DNA from: a virus
Lineage: Duplodnaviria; Caudoviricetes
Length of the DNA: 64,000 nucleotides
IMG/VR virus record: IMGVR_UViG_3300027819_000006
Strand: one strand, 5' to 3'
Part shown: positions 28,814 to 39,516 of the stretch, piece by piece
How positions within the stretch are numbered: position 1 is the first letter of the stretch
Layout of the letters: every line of letters starts with the position of its first letter
Made by a program: the position numbers and the translations under genes
Notes under the pieces: generated by a model
What the model was told of the DNA's origin: nothing
The model's database searches: none
Seen by the model: the letters and a program-made list of their open reading frames with translations, nothing else

Positions 28814-29680
28814 TATTTATTCTCCTTTAAATTTAATTCTTTCTCATGTTTTTCTATATCTTTTAAAAACCAAACTTCTAATTCATAATTTAAATTTCTT
28901 ACAGCTTGCCATTTCAATTCATCAGTGCTTGTTTTGAAACCTTTAATTTCTAAATATTTAAATGAATTATCTATATTATTTTAAAATCGATACAGTATGA
29001 ATGATTTTTATCATCTTCTCCAACATATTGCACTCTGTCGTTAGTGTATTCCCAATCTTTAATAATACCTGCATCTTTCATTTTATCTAATATAAAGCAA
29101 GATCTATATTCATAGCTTCCTAAAACTTTTAAATTTTCATTATATTGTATCCATTTTGAAAAAGACTGTCCAGATGGATTTCTACCATTTATATAAGTAT
29201 TCTTTGCAGATTTCGACATCTTGTCTTTAGTTTTTTCAGTTTGTTTAAACCCTTTTCTATTCTTTTTGCTCTAATTTTATCTCTAGTTTCTTTAGAAACA
29301 GGTTTATTATATCGACCATTTTTATCACCTTCAGTTAAATAACCCTTATTATAATGGCCATTCTTACTTCTTGATACTAGATGACCCTTGCCATACATTC
29401 CATTTCTTTCACCTTGACTATGATATTTAGAAACACATTTTATGCTGCAAAACTCATGCTTTAAAGTATCTGTTGGCAAATGATAGCTATTTTCAAACCA
29501 ACTATTGCATTGTAAACATTTAGTGAAGCAGTTAAATACTATATTAGATAGCCAAAATTTACATTTTCTAGAGCAGCAATTTGATTTATAGATTACAGCA
29601 GAGTCATTTTTAACTTCTGTTTCAAACCACTGACAACATGCATCACATTTCTTACTACATGTATAATATTTTGCTTTCAT
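28813..29680 (-). pseudogene. free-standing Zn-finger/NUMOD3/TnsA-like endonuclease with two frameshifts
   Basis: track ORFs 29189-29695 and 28971-29219 joined by a shift near 29245; second shift near 28975 gives IDNSFKYLEIKGFK...KENK* whose TAG overlaps the GTG of the next gene. Confidence 0.75.
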
Positions 29681-29684
29681 ATAA

Positions 29685-30557
29685 CTAAATATCATCTTTC
29701 TCTGTTTTTTGTCCTTCTTCTGCTACTGCTTCTTCAACTACTTCACTGCTATCTTCATTATTCAGTTCTTTCATTACTTCTATTATACTTTCACTATTAT
29801 CTTTCACAAATGCTTCTAATCCTTTATCTGCTTGTTCTCTAGTATCTGTCATAATTTCTTCTTTAGCTGTATCTTGTTCGATCTCTTGTTTACTTCTTCG
29901 TTTTCTTGTTCTTTTTTCTTCTGCGGGTTCAATCTGTTCTATAGTTTCTGTTTTAGTTTCTTCTGCAATTGACACCGCTACATCTGTTTGTACAAAATTC
30001 AGTACACCAAATCCATTAGGGAAACCACCATCATCATTGGTTTCTATCAGCTTTACCGACTTTTCATCATAAGTTCTCTGCCAAGATTCAAATAAAGCTT
30101 TTGACTGCATTTCATCTGTAACTGCACACTGTACATCGTGTATTACAATTGTGCATTTACCTGCAACATTTTTCTTTATGATGTTCCACAATATGTATAA
30201 TTTATCTATACTCAAGCATTCATCTATTAGAATAAAATCAGCATTTTTAAGAATATCTAAATGATTGTCTAAATATTCTATTATATTGGGACTAGTCTTT
30301 ACTGTTACATCATGAATGTTGTTATCTTTTAGATTGTCATAGACTGAGGGTAGCAGATCTCTGTAATAATCTAATGTTATTATTTCTGCTCCTGTTTCTC
30401 TTGCTGCATATGCTAAATATAGAGTGTTAAACCCAGCATATGTGCCAATCTCTACTATATTTTTGCAATTGTTTTCTTTGACTAGATTGTAGAGAATCTC
30501 GCCTTCAGTATGAGTTGAAAGACGCGAGCCTTTAAAGTTGAATCCTTGTAAGTTCAT
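29685..30557 (-). CDS. class I SAM-dependent (O-)methyltransferase with low-complexity acidic tail
   Basis: IVEIGTYAGFNTL, DFILID, IVIHDV. Confidence 0.8.
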   Translation of the reverse strand: MNLQGFNFKGSRLSTHTEGEILYNLVKENNCKNIVEIGTYAGFNTLYLAYAARETGAEIITLDYYRDLLPSVYDNLKDNNIHDVTVKTSPNIIEYLDNHLDILKNADFILIDECLSIDKLYILWNIIKKNVAGKCTIVIHDVQCAVTDEMQSKALFESWQRTYDEKSVKLIETNDDGGFPNGFGVLNFVQTDVAVSIAEETKTETIEQIEPAEEKRTRKRRSKQEIEQDTAKEEIMTDTREQADKGLEAFVKDNSESIIEVMKELNNEDSSEVVEEAVAEEGQKTEKDDI

Positions 30558-30564
30558 TTATTTC

Positions 30565-31165
30565 TAATCCTTTCTATTTTTTATTATTTCTGTATATAGT
30601 TCTTTTTCATATATAACTTCTACTGCATAATATTTGTCACAAGTAATCATTACTTCATATTTCGATCTTATAGCTCTTACTAAATTTTTATCTGTATAGT
30701 ATTCCTTTACTTCATCCCACCATCTCTTTATTTGCTCTATATATCATGTAGATTTACATACTCCAATCCTACATCTCTACCAGTATCTTTTATAAATTTT
30801 TCAAGATAGTCTTTACATCTTGTACTATATGTGAGAAATGAAATGTTTCTATAGGAAAAATTAAGTGTACAGCTCCATATTCAGCAGCTTTTTTAGAATC
30901 ACCTGTACATAGTATAGAATTAGATCTATGAGCTATAAAATTTTTGCTCAATTCACTGTCAACATAATTAAAGAAAAGTTCATGCTTAGTCTTTGATCTC
31001 CTATCTTTTCTGACTGTTCTTATTAATTCTCCTCTTTCTGTTCCTCTATATAATGGTAACAATTTTGATTAGTCTAAAAACTTTGAACAGTCTACGATTA
31101 TAGATTTAGCTAATTGTTTTATGTCAGTGCTATTTATAGCTTCTTTTAATAGTATTTTTGTCATA
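30565..31165 (-). pseudogene. third ADP-ribosyltransferase-fold-like paralog, broken by TAA (31069) and two frameshifts
   Basis: DCSKFLD*SKLLPLYRG aligns to DCSHFLTESKNLPLYKG; later frames give YSTRCKDY and RAIRSKYEVMITCDKYYAV. Confidence 0.75.
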
Positions 31166-31578
31166 TGAATATTTTCTATTAATCCTGAATAATATTCAAA
31201 AAATTCATCTAAATTTATATCTATGTATTTTTGTTGTTTATTGTCTATACTAATCTTTTTGGGTTTATTATTTACAATTAGATTTACAGCTACTTTAAGT
31301 GATTTTTTTGAAACTTTTAGTTTATCATAATGCATATATGCATCACCATATAAAAATCCTATCCTAATATATCCAAAAGTAAACGATTTTTCATATAAAT
31401 CTTTATAGTTTGTTTCATCTTTAATAAATGCTGTCATTTCTGGAAATTTTTCTGGATGCAAAAACATCCAATATTTATGTCCTTCATTTCTATTCACTTT
31501 CAGAGCTTTAGCTAGTGGTGTAATCCAATAAAGAGTTGGATAATAGTCATGTAGTTCTAATATTAGTTTTAGTTTCAT
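31069..31578 (-). CDS. leader-tagged protein, in frame with the 5' part of the ART-like pseudogene
   Basis: MKLKLILE; N-part paralogous to 21974-22399; internal second leader MTKILLKE at 31165. Confidence 0.6.
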   Translation of the reverse strand: MKLKLILELHDYYPTLYWITPLAKALKVNRNEGHKYWMFLHPEKFPEMTAFIKDETNYKDLYEKSFTFGYIRIGFLYGDAYMHYDKLKVSKKSLKVAVNLIVNNKPKKISIDNKQQKYIDINLDEFFEYYSGLIENIHMTKILLKEAINSTDIKQLAKSIIVDCSKFLD

Positions 31579-31581
31579 TTA

Positions 31582-34500
31582 TTAGCTCTGTATACGAATT
31601 CCAACTTGTTGTGAAGATTCGCCCAAAATATTATTATCGTTTGTAATGCCTACTCTTATCACTTGTGTAACATTGCTAAACAAATTAGTAATTCTTATTG
31701 GAACTATTCCCAGAGTACCAGATAATGATGTAGTGTCTGTTGAAAGTGCTCTGACTACATCTGCTAATTGCAAGTTCATCTCTATTGTTGCAATATCAGT
31801 TTTAGTGCTGAATATTCTATCTTTGCCACTGATATCTCTATATTTATTGTTTGCTATATCTCCAATCTGTGCTTTAAATAAGTTTGTAGTTCCATCACCA
31901 GATACAGGGAATTCAAATCTCATTGCTGGTACATTTGACAGCACAGGTTTTCCACCTCTCAATATTCTGAACCTTCCATAGATATTTCCATTGAAAGCTG
32001 AAGGAGATGCTGTAGGAGATAAAACTATTCTGCTAACAGTTATATCTAATTCTGTTTTCTCTGGTGAAGATGGTGTTGATTTTACTGTCAACAATCTACC
32101 AACTCTAGTAGAAGAAAATCTTGGTGTGTTGACAGAGCTGTTAGTAGAAAGATTGGGCAAATTTCTTTCAGAAGAAATAGAATTGCTTATAAATTGTTGT
32201 AATGGATTTTGTATTCTATATCCTTGGAAACTAGAAACTGTTGCAGCAGATACAGAAGTGTCTGATAGCAAAAAGTGATTACTTATTCCAAATTTAAATG
32301 AAGTCAAACTAGAAACTGTATAATATTCTCTCTGATTCTTTGGTCTTTCTAATATATGATTTTTAATTGTCAAACCTTCAGACAGCATATTAGATTTAGC
32401 AGGAATAAATTGGTACATGAATACAAACATGTTTCCGATTGTATCACTGAAATTTTTCAGAGATCTGTTGAAGCTATTAAAATCTATAGGTAGCTTATGA
32501 TTGAATCTAGTAAATATATCTTGTCTGATTGTAACAAATGGACCAGTATAAGATGGTCTGTATAGATCTTCTGGATCTCCTAATGAATTTGCTATATTCA
32601 GATCTCTTTTACTATTCAATATTTCTCTATTCAGCACATTTATAGGATCAAACGCTACAGAAATATATCCTGGATCTAACATGTTTTTTGAAACATCATC
32701 TTGTGTAATCTTGTCATCATCTATAGCTAAAGATGCAGGATACCAGAATGAGAATTTCTCCATGCTTGGTATCATCTTATATCTATTTACAGATTGAAAA
32801 TTTATTGGTATAGCTGAAGCATTTGCTGTAGTAGAATCAACTATAAAATTATATGCACCAGTAAGGACATGATTTTCTTTTAATCTATAGTGAGCTCTCA
32901 AACTACCATAAGTAGCAGAATTAGAAGCAGTCGAATTTTGAAAATCAATACTTTGGAAATTTCTACAATGTTCTTTTAAATCTTCTTCTTCTAATGCAAC
33001 ATTCCATACTCTAATTTCTTGCATATATCCAGAAAATGATCCTGAGCCGGGAAAATAAGTTCCAAAAGTCATAGCTCCACCAGATGAATGCAAATTTATT
33101 GCTTGTAATCCTGTAGTTACTCCTGAAGCTAATATAACTATATCATCATTTCCAGATCCAGAACCAGATAATCCCATAGTCCATATTTTTAAATTATCTC
33201 CAATTCTTGAAGCTATAATATTTATAAAATTATTATCTCTGCTCTGTATAAAAGATGATAAAGAAGATTGAGTTGTTGAAGAAGTTATAGAAGCCCCTAA
33301 AGTTGCATTTATGCAAGCTGATACAGAATCTATTAAAGCAGTATTGGATACAAATACAGGAGATGCTGTAATATTATCAATAAATACTTGGCTACTTACA
33401 GAATTGTTAGCAAAAATAGACAACCAAGCAGTAGTAGCTGTATTACTCCATGATCCTGTTAACTGAATATATGATCCAGATGTAGAAGAAGTAGTTGAAA
33501 AATAGGGAGCTCCTGTTTGACTAGATATAGTTCCTAATCTCATTCCATATGTACCTGGAACTTGAATATTTATAAAACTACTCAATCCATAAACAGTATT
33601 AGCTGTCAATCCAGTAAGCTGAGTAGCAAAAACTTGACTACCACAAGTGCTATTTGTACTTGCTGAAAATGATACTACTTGAGCAGAAGTTCCTGTATAT
33701 TGCCCTCCACCAGCAGTAATTGTCGTAGTTATACTAGAATCTTTAATCCATCCAGATGCAGTATTATTGACATCAAAACCAATTTCAAACCCGGTGTTAG
33801 AAATATAATTGTATATATTACCAGTAGGTAATATAAAATAATCTTGTAACCAAACCCACACAGTTGAAGCAGTATTAGTCCATGTTAATACAGATTTCCC
33901 ATATGTTCCAGTTGTAGTTGCTGTTGTAGATGTTTGCCAATCACTTAATCCGCTATTTGGACCTATTCTAAATACTAAAGTATGCTGATTTGAACCTGTA
34001 AGTGTAGTTATATCTATAAATCCAGTAATCCCATAGGGAATAGAATTAGTAGGTAATCCTGTCAATTGTTGAGCAAATACTGTTCCAGTTCTACTTGCAT
34101 GATCTGGCCAAGTACTAAATTCTAATCTTTGAGCTGAAGATCCAGCATGAACAGTTGTAGTTTCTGCAGAAGCTATAATAGATGGAGATTTAATCCATGC
34201 AGAAGCTAATCCCGTAGTTCCATTCTCAAAAGCGCTATTAGAAACTATATTTGCATATATTCCTGATATGGTATTAGTTATAAAATAAGCTCTACCAGAT
34301 GCATCTATTTGCATTCTATATGCAGGATGTGTTAATAATCTATGAGTAGTTGCTGCTGTTGCAGAAACTCTCATTTCTATTGTGAAGTTGCTCGATGCTC
34401 CAAAATCAAAAGATGATATGCTAGCTGTTGGAGTTTGAGCATAAACATCTCCTGTGCTGAATAATACTGGAGTATCTAAATATTCTGGTATCTTTACATA

Positions 34501-35505
34501 TAATGGATTTTTGAATGTAGAATATTCATTTATTCGCACAAAGTTCTGATTCAGTCCATACAGATTTGTAATAGCTTCTATGCATTTCTTTGTACCTTTT
34601 GTCTTTATCAGATACATCAAATTGTTCAGAATTCTATTCCATATCTCAAATGATATTTCTTCTGATCTTAAACCAGAAACAGAATCTGTAAAGAAGTCAT
34701 CAAATGAGGAATTTACTGCTGTCTGAAATAGATCTACTCCAAATTGTTTTGCCACTGTTGGTAAATATTTATTTGGAGTTCTGTCAAAGTCACCATAGCT
34801 CAAATGTCTAACATGAGACATCTGATCAATAAAACTTTTTAGATTATCTAGTTCATCTCCAAGTACAGCAAGTAACCTTTCTAAATTGTTATCAGTGTCA
34901 TTTAAAAATAGAATATCTGGCAGAGTTTCTTTCAGATTAATATTTCTTGCTACATATTGTTCTGCTGTTGCAGCATAGATTGTACCATCATTTGCAGAAC
35001 CAGGAGTTTGGTATACAAAGTTTAGGCCAGATTCAAAAGAAGTAGCTGAAGCAGATACAGAATTTGTTATAGCTGTTTGAGACCCAGTAATAACATTTAC
35101 AGAATTTCTATAAACTACAGTAAGAGGTATAGTCTGACCTTTGGCATTTGTAGCTCCAGCAGTCAGAGTTCCAGATAGACTAAATTGATCTAGTAGCCAT
35201 AGTTGGAAACCAGTAGAATTTTTTCGAAAATTATCAGCAGCATAAATATTTGCAGCACATAAAGATGCAGTAGTAAAACCATTTAGTCCAATAGGATAGT
35301 TTTGAATGATACCAGTCAGAGCTACATTGAATTTTCTGACAGCATCACCAAAATAGACATGCTTGGAAAAGTCGCTGTAATCTACTAGAGGTAACACTTT
35401 TGTATGTGCACCTGTCACAGAATGAACAGCAAAATTTCCTGAAGCTGCTCCCATGCTAGACAAACTAGATACTAGCGTGTCAAATGAAAATCCTGCATCT
35501 ACCAC
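31582..35505 (-). CDS. large baseplate/tail protein (phage-tail P2_I-like segment, LamG domain split by two CBM-like repeats)
   Basis: YLIKTKGTKKCIEAI, FTIEMRV, GYMQEIRVWN, AHYRLKE; next to the baseplate genes. Confidence 0.75.
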   Translation of the reverse strand: MVDAGFSFDTLVSSLSSMGAASGNFAVHSVTGAHTKVLPLVDYSDFSKHVYFGDAVRKFNVALTGIIQNYPIGLNGFTTASLCAANIYAADNFRKNSTGFQLWLLDQFSLSGTLTAGATNAKGQTIPLTVVYRNSVNVITGSQTAITNSVSASATSFESGLNFVYQTPGSANDGTIYAATAEQYVARNINLKETLPDILFLNDTDNNLERLLAVLGDELDNLKSFIDQMSHVRHLSYGDFDRTPNKYLPTVAKQFGVDLFQTAVNSSFDDFFTDSVSGLRSEEISFEIWNRILNNLMYLIKTKGTKKCIEAITNLYGLNQNFVRINEYSTFKNPLYVKIPEYLDTPVLFSTGDVYAQTPTASISSFDFGASSNFTIEMRVSATAATTHRLLTHPAYRMQIDASGRAYFITNTISGIYANIVSNSAFENGTTGLASAWIKSPSIIASAETTTVHAGSSAQRLEFSTWPDHASRTGTVFAQQLTGLPTNSIPYGITGFIDITTLTGSNQHTLVFRIGPNSGLSDWQTSTTATTTGTYGKSVLTWTNTASTVWVWLQDYFILPTGNIYNYISNTGFEIGFDVNNTASGWIKDSSITTTITAGGGQYTGTSAQVVSFSASTNSTCGSQVFATQLTGLTANTVYGLSSFINIQVPGTYGMRLGTISSQTGAPYFSTTSSTSGSYIQLTGSWSNTATTAWLSIFANNSVSSQVFIDNITASPVFVSNTALIDSVSACINATLGASITSSTTQSSLSSFIQSRDNNFINIIASRIGDNLKIWTMGLSGSGSGNDDIVILASGVTTGLQAINLHSSGGAMTFGTYFPGSGSFSGYMQEIRVWNVALEEEDLKEHCRNFQSIDFQNSTASNSATYGSLRAHYRLKENHVLTGAYNFIVDSTTANASAIPINFQSVNRYKMIPSMEKFSFWYPASLAIDDDKITQDDVSKNMLDPGYISVAFDPINVLNREILNSKRDLNIANSLGDPEDLYRPSYTGPFVTIRQDIFTRFNHKLPIDFNSFNRSLKNFSDTIGNMFVFMYQFIPAKSNMLSEGLTIKNHILERPKNQREYYTVSSLTSFKFGISNHFLLSDTSVSAATVSSFQGYRIQNPLQQFISNSISSERNLPNLSTNSSVNTPRFSSTRVGRLLTVKSTPSSPEKTELDITVSRIVLSPTASPSAFNGNIYGRFRILRGGKPVLSNVPAMRFEFPVSGDGTTNLFKAQIGDIANNKYRDISGKDRIFSTKTDIATIEMNLQLADVVRALSTDTTSLSGTLGIVPIRITNLFSNVTQVIRVGITNDNNILGESSQQVGIRIQS

Positions 35506-35532
35506 TTATATTTTCTCATTAAAAATGAATTA

Positions 35533-35886
35533 CTACAGACTGATAATAGAATTACCAGTTCCAGCTAAATATCTATTGTACAAAGACATAAACCCTATTT
35601 TGAAAGAACTTGTCTTGATAGAATCCAATATTCCATCTAAATAGCCATCACTTATAGCATATTTGCCTTCTGCTGCCAATGCTCTTGCATTCTCTACATA
35701 GTTAATTAGATCATCTTTTCTTTTCTTTGTAGCAAATCCTGATAGTTCTTGATTATGATCTATGATATATTTTGTGAAAGATTTCTTTTCAGATATATCT
35801 ACTACTTCAGACATGACTTTTCTGATTTCATCTTTTACGATTCTTCTGATTATCTGTGCTTCTGTTAGTTGCTGTTTCTGTTTCAT
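35533..35886 (-). CDS. leader-tagged small protein
   Basis: MKQKQQLTEAQIIRRIVKDEIRKVMSE; start at 35886 avoids overlap with the next gene. Confidence 0.6.
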   Translation of the reverse strand: MKQKQQLTEAQIIRRIVKDEIRKVMSEVVDISEKKSFTKYIIDHNQELSGFATKKRKDDLINYVENARALAAEGKYAISDGYLDGILDSIKTSSFKIGFMSLYNRYLAGTGNSIISL

Positions 35887-35911
35887 GTTTTTAAGTCTCC
35901 TTTTTAATTCT

Positions 35912-36172
35912 TTATAGATGTAATTGTTCCAGCTTTGAGTAATACTGCTTATTTTCTTTAAGGTGGGCCCAAGCAATCTTTCCTGTCTTGATTGGATCAT
36001 CGTCTGTTATGTTTGTTTCTGGATCTTTTAACCCATGCTCGCTCTCAATATTTAAGCCCATTGTAAACTGATCTAAGCTGATCTGTTTCCAATCAATGCC
36101 AAGCTGGTTTCCAATGTCTTTAGCTCTTTTCTTAGATATTTGTTTTGATTCTAATAAGATGTTGAGTTTCAT
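35912..36172 (-). CDS. leader-tagged DUF5661-like protein
   Basis: MKLNILLE; ESEHGLKDPETNITDDD..KIAWAHLKE..YYSKL. Confidence 0.7.
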   Translation of the reverse strand: MKLNILLESKQISKKRAKDIGNQLGIDWKQISLDQFTMGLNIESEHGLKDPETNITDDDPIKTGKIAWAHLKENKQYYSKLEQLHL

Positions 36173-36792
36173 TATGGTTTGCCAATTTTAGCAAGAGGAT
36201 GATATATTAAATCTTCATCTCTTTTAATTGAGTTCATATAATATTCATAAGATTGTAATCCAAATTTTTCTAATCTTTTAAATTTATATGCTCCTTGAGT
36301 AGTAGATGTATCTATTTTATCTCTATTTTCATAGTCTTCTTTTGCTTTTTGAGCATTTTCTAATCTTTTTGAAATGCTATTCTTAACTTCTTCAAATATT
36401 TTTGGCACAATATAAATTTTAATCAGATATCTATCGAGAGGTTTTATTGGACCATTTATTAGCAATTCTTCTGCTTCAACTTTATTTTTTTGACTTTCTT
36501 TTCTTCTATCATGAAAAGCATATGCATAAGGTCTAATTTTATATCTAGCTCTTAATTTATCCCAGTCTAATTCAAAACAAACATCCATAGATTTGCTGCC
36601 TATAATAACATATCTGTCTCTAGTAAGTGATACGACACCTGATTCAAAATGAGGATTCTTAAATGTAGCTACATCTTCATATTCTACTTTGCCTATACCA
36701 TTCATAGCAACTATATTTTCTGCCCACCCTACATAAGTCCAATGATATAGAGATTGTCTAGATTGTTCTAATATTAAATCTTTAAGTTTCAC
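36172..36792 (-). CDS. leader-tagged ADP-ribosyltransferase-fold-like protein (His type)
   Basis: GTG start gives MKLKDLILE; LYHWT, VSLTRD, EAEE motifs. Confidence 0.55.
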   Translation of the reverse strand: MKLKDLILEQSRQSLYHWTYVGWAENIVAMNGIGKVEYEDVATFKNPHFESGVVSLTRDRYVIIGSKSMDVCFELDWDKLRARYKIRPYAYAFHDRRKESQKNKVEAEELLINGPIKPLDRYLIKIYIVPKIFEEVKNSISKRLENAQKAKEDYENRDKIDTSTTQGAYKFKRLEKFGLQSYEYYMNSIKRDEDLIYHPLAKIGKP

Positions 36793-36897
36793 TTTCTCAT
36801 TTGCTCCAATATCCAATCTGTTGCTTTATACAGATAGCTCATGATTATCAAAACTATCATTATATGAACGAAATCTGAAATGTATATCAATCATATT

Positions 36898-38286
36898 CTA
36901 TTGCACAGAGAAAAACCATTTCTGTTTATTGGCATAGATATATGTAGATCCTTTTAATGACAGTTTTAACAAAATATAGTATTTCTTATTTGCATATAAG
37001 TCCTGACAGTTAAATTGTAGGAAATTTCCAACCTTATCGAATGATAAAGTGTCAGCTGGAATCTCCGTCGAATCTGTATCTAGCTCATGTAGCTCCCAGG
37101 TGCTATTTGTGGCAATAAAATTCTGTTGCGCTGTTGTAGCTCCAGTTGCAGCTACCAATGATACAGAGTTGTCTTTTATGTTTATTCTAATTCTTGGTTG
37201 TGAATTCTTGTCATAAACATTGCTCAAATTCTGCAATATAACTCTATAAGAAGAAGTCTGATAATTATCAAATCCAGAAGCTGGATTTATTGTTGTAAAT
37301 GAAAATGTATAATTTGCTGTAGGAGATGCAGAGATATACCAATTGTCTTTGAATGAAGTAGCAGCAAATGCATTTGAAGTCAGGGGCATTGTTCCAATAT
37401 TACACTGATAAATACCTTTAGACCATCTTTTAGCTGTCAAACTTGTTTTAATTGCAGAAACAGCATTGTTTGAAGATGAAGTTCCAGATAGAGTAATGTT
37501 TCCAGGGAAATCTCCAGATGCTACAGCATTCAAATCTGTTAGCTGCCCATTGACTATATTATAGAAAAATAGATTAGCTGTTGAATTAAATGCAACAAAA
37601 TTTCTGAAATCTTGTATTGCTCCAGGCCACTCTAGAGAAATAAATGGCCTATTCGTAGTGTTAGTCTGACGAGAATAAAATTTCTTTGTATAGTAACTGA
37701 ATGCTGATAAAGAGCCTGCTTTATTCTCTTCTGTATTAGACATTCTAATCATTAAGCCCTGATTGGCTGTTTGAGAGTTTGTCCATGCCTTAAAAATATT
37801 TGTAATGTTGATTCGGAGATTTTCTTCTCCCTGAGGGAAATATTGAGTAGCAGAATTTGCATCAATTACATAATCTCCACCAGAAGCATTCCAAGCAGTA
37901 GAATTTGTAGCAGACACAGCATTTGCAAAACCAGTTTGAGACATAGAATTGTTTTCTAACCCAGAAGATTCAGACCAATTACTAGTTACTGGATATACAT
38001 TTAAATTGAAATTAGAAGCTAATGGATCTCCATGTTTACAGTTGAAAAGATTTAAATATGCAGACACAGTAGTGTCAGTTATTATGTCGGGCAAATCTCT
38101 ATTTATAATATTAGCTGTGCATGAAGATATATTGAAAGATATTAATATTCTTGCCCAATTTTTAATGTTAGTATTATTATTGAACAATGTCCAAGTTTCT
38201 AATATGGGAGATGCTCCAAAATTAGAAGTTATGGATTTATCTGTTATAAAAGTGTCTTTATCTGACCAAGATCTAAACACGCTCAT
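36898..38286 (-). CDS. virion structural protein (DNRLRE-domain-like)
   Basis: DKDTFIT..SNFGASPILE, ARILISF, NQGLMIRM, YTKKFYSR, RPFISLEW. Confidence 0.7.
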   Translation of the reverse strand: MSVFRSWSDKDTFITDKSITSNFGASPILETWTLFNNNTNIKNWARILISFNISSCTANIINRDLPDIITDTTVSAYLNLFNCKHGDPLASNFNLNVYPVTSNWSESSGLENNSMSQTGFANAVSATNSTAWNASGGDYVIDANSATQYFPQGEENLRINITNIFKAWTNSQTANQGLMIRMSNTEENKAGSLSAFSYYTKKFYSRQTNTTNRPFISLEWPGAIQDFRNFVAFNSTANLFFYNIVNGQLTDLNAVASGDFPGNITLSGTSSSNNAVSAIKTSLTAKRWSKGIYQCNIGTMPLTSNAFAATSFKDNWYISASPTANYTFSFTTINPASGFDNYQTSSYRVILQNLSNVYDKNSQPRIRINIKDNSVSLVAATGATTAQQNFIATNSTWELHELDTDSTEIPADTLSFDKVGNFLQFNCQDLYANKKYYILLKLSLKGSTYIYANKQKWFFSVQ

Positions 38287-39516
38287 TTATTATCTCCATA
38301 ATTCATAACAAATTCTATGTTATTGTTTGAGCAATAAATCTTAGCAGCTTCTATTTTTAAATTTAACTTTTCCTGATCAAATATTCTGCCTTTTGTTTCT
38401 TCTAATACTATTTTATTTTTATATTGTATTAAAAAATCAGGTATATATCGTCTCAATCTGTCATATTCATATTTTATAACTATATGATGTTTTTTTGTCC
38501 ATTTTATAACATTCATATCTTTATCTAATTCTTTCATTCTTTGCAGCTCAAGTCCACTAGCATAAAATTCTTCTATTCCAGTTTTTATAGAAGTATAATA
38601 CCCTCTTTTAAAATATTTTACTCCATAATTTTCGCATCTATTTGCTGCAGCTATACTCATTTTTTGTTTTGTTTCTTCAGATATTATAAAATGTCTGCCA
38701 GTACTAATTTTAGACTGATGTTCACATTTGACTTTCCACATCTCTTCAGCTTTTTCAATTCCATATTTATCTATCCAAACAGATTTTACAGACACTCTAT
38801 ACATTGGATTACCAGAACCAGAAATCTTTTCAGAAATGTTTGCATTTCTTTCTGCCCACATTTCTTTGGCTATTTCAATACCGTATTCTTTTATCCAAAT
38901 ATCTTTTACTGAAACTCCATACATTGGATTCAAATCACCTACTCTATTTGACCCAAACATAGGATTGTTTTCTCCTGACATATTCTTTGAGCCAACTATT
39001 TTAAATTTATCGCTTAATATATCATTAACTGTTTTGCTATCTGGAAATTGTTTTCTATATTTTTCAGAACTAATATTATGTTTGGATTTTAAATGTACAC
39101 ACAAAGCTTCAAAATATCTGTGACATATTAAACATTCTATTTTATTTTCATCTGCATTAAAAGAATTGTCAATATAGATTTGTTTTTTTGATTTTGGTCT
39201 TTTATTTCGTATTTCTTGAATTTTTTCTTCGCTAAACATTTCTTTATATTTTTTATCTTTACTCCAAATAACTATCTCTTTATTTAAATGTCTTCTTTTT
39301 AAAGTTTCAGAAATGCGTCTTTTTCTACATACTAAACATCTTCTGTTTATATCTTTTGTAATATTAGAACAATCTTTTTCTATACAATAGAAAGTTTCAT
39401 TGTCTCTATGTTTAGAGCAAGTAGTATATCCTTTGTTTATAGTTTTTTCTCTTAATTTAGCTGCACAGTATTTACAATTCAAAACTATACCTCCATTTAT
39501 CTGCCCATGATCTAAA
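38257..39516. repeat. 21-bp imperfect direct repeat (38257-38277 and 39496-39516) flanking an endonuclease gene
   Basis: tttatctgaccaagatctaaa vs tttatctgcccatgatctaaa, 19/21 identical; encode FRSWSDK and FRSWADK. Confidence 0.75.
38283..39482 (-). CDS. free-standing Zn-finger/NUMOD3/TnsA-like endonuclease
   Basis: GGAGG + TTG start; CLICHRYF..HLKSKH, NPMYG repeats, YASGLE...RYIPDFLIQY..LEETKG. Confidence 0.8.
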   Translation of the reverse strand: MNCKYCAAKLREKTINKGYTTCSKHRDNETFYCIEKDCSNITKDINRRCLVCRKRRISETLKRRHLNKEIVIWSKDKKYKEMFSEEKIQEIRNKRPKSKKQIYIDNSFNADENKIECLICHRYFEALCVHLKSKHNISSEKYRKQFPDSKTVNDILSDKFKIVGSKNMSGENNPMFGSNRVGDLNPMYGVSVKDIWIKEYGIEIAKEMWAERNANISEKISGSGNPMYRVSVKSVWIDKYGIEKAEEMWKVKCEHQSKISTGRHFIISEETKQKMSIAAANRCENYGVKYFKRGYYTSIKTGIEEFYASGLELQRMKELDKDMNVIKWTKKHHIVIKYEYDRLRRYIPDFLIQYKNKIVLEETKGRIFDQEKLNLKIEAAKIYCSNNNIEFVMNYGDNK

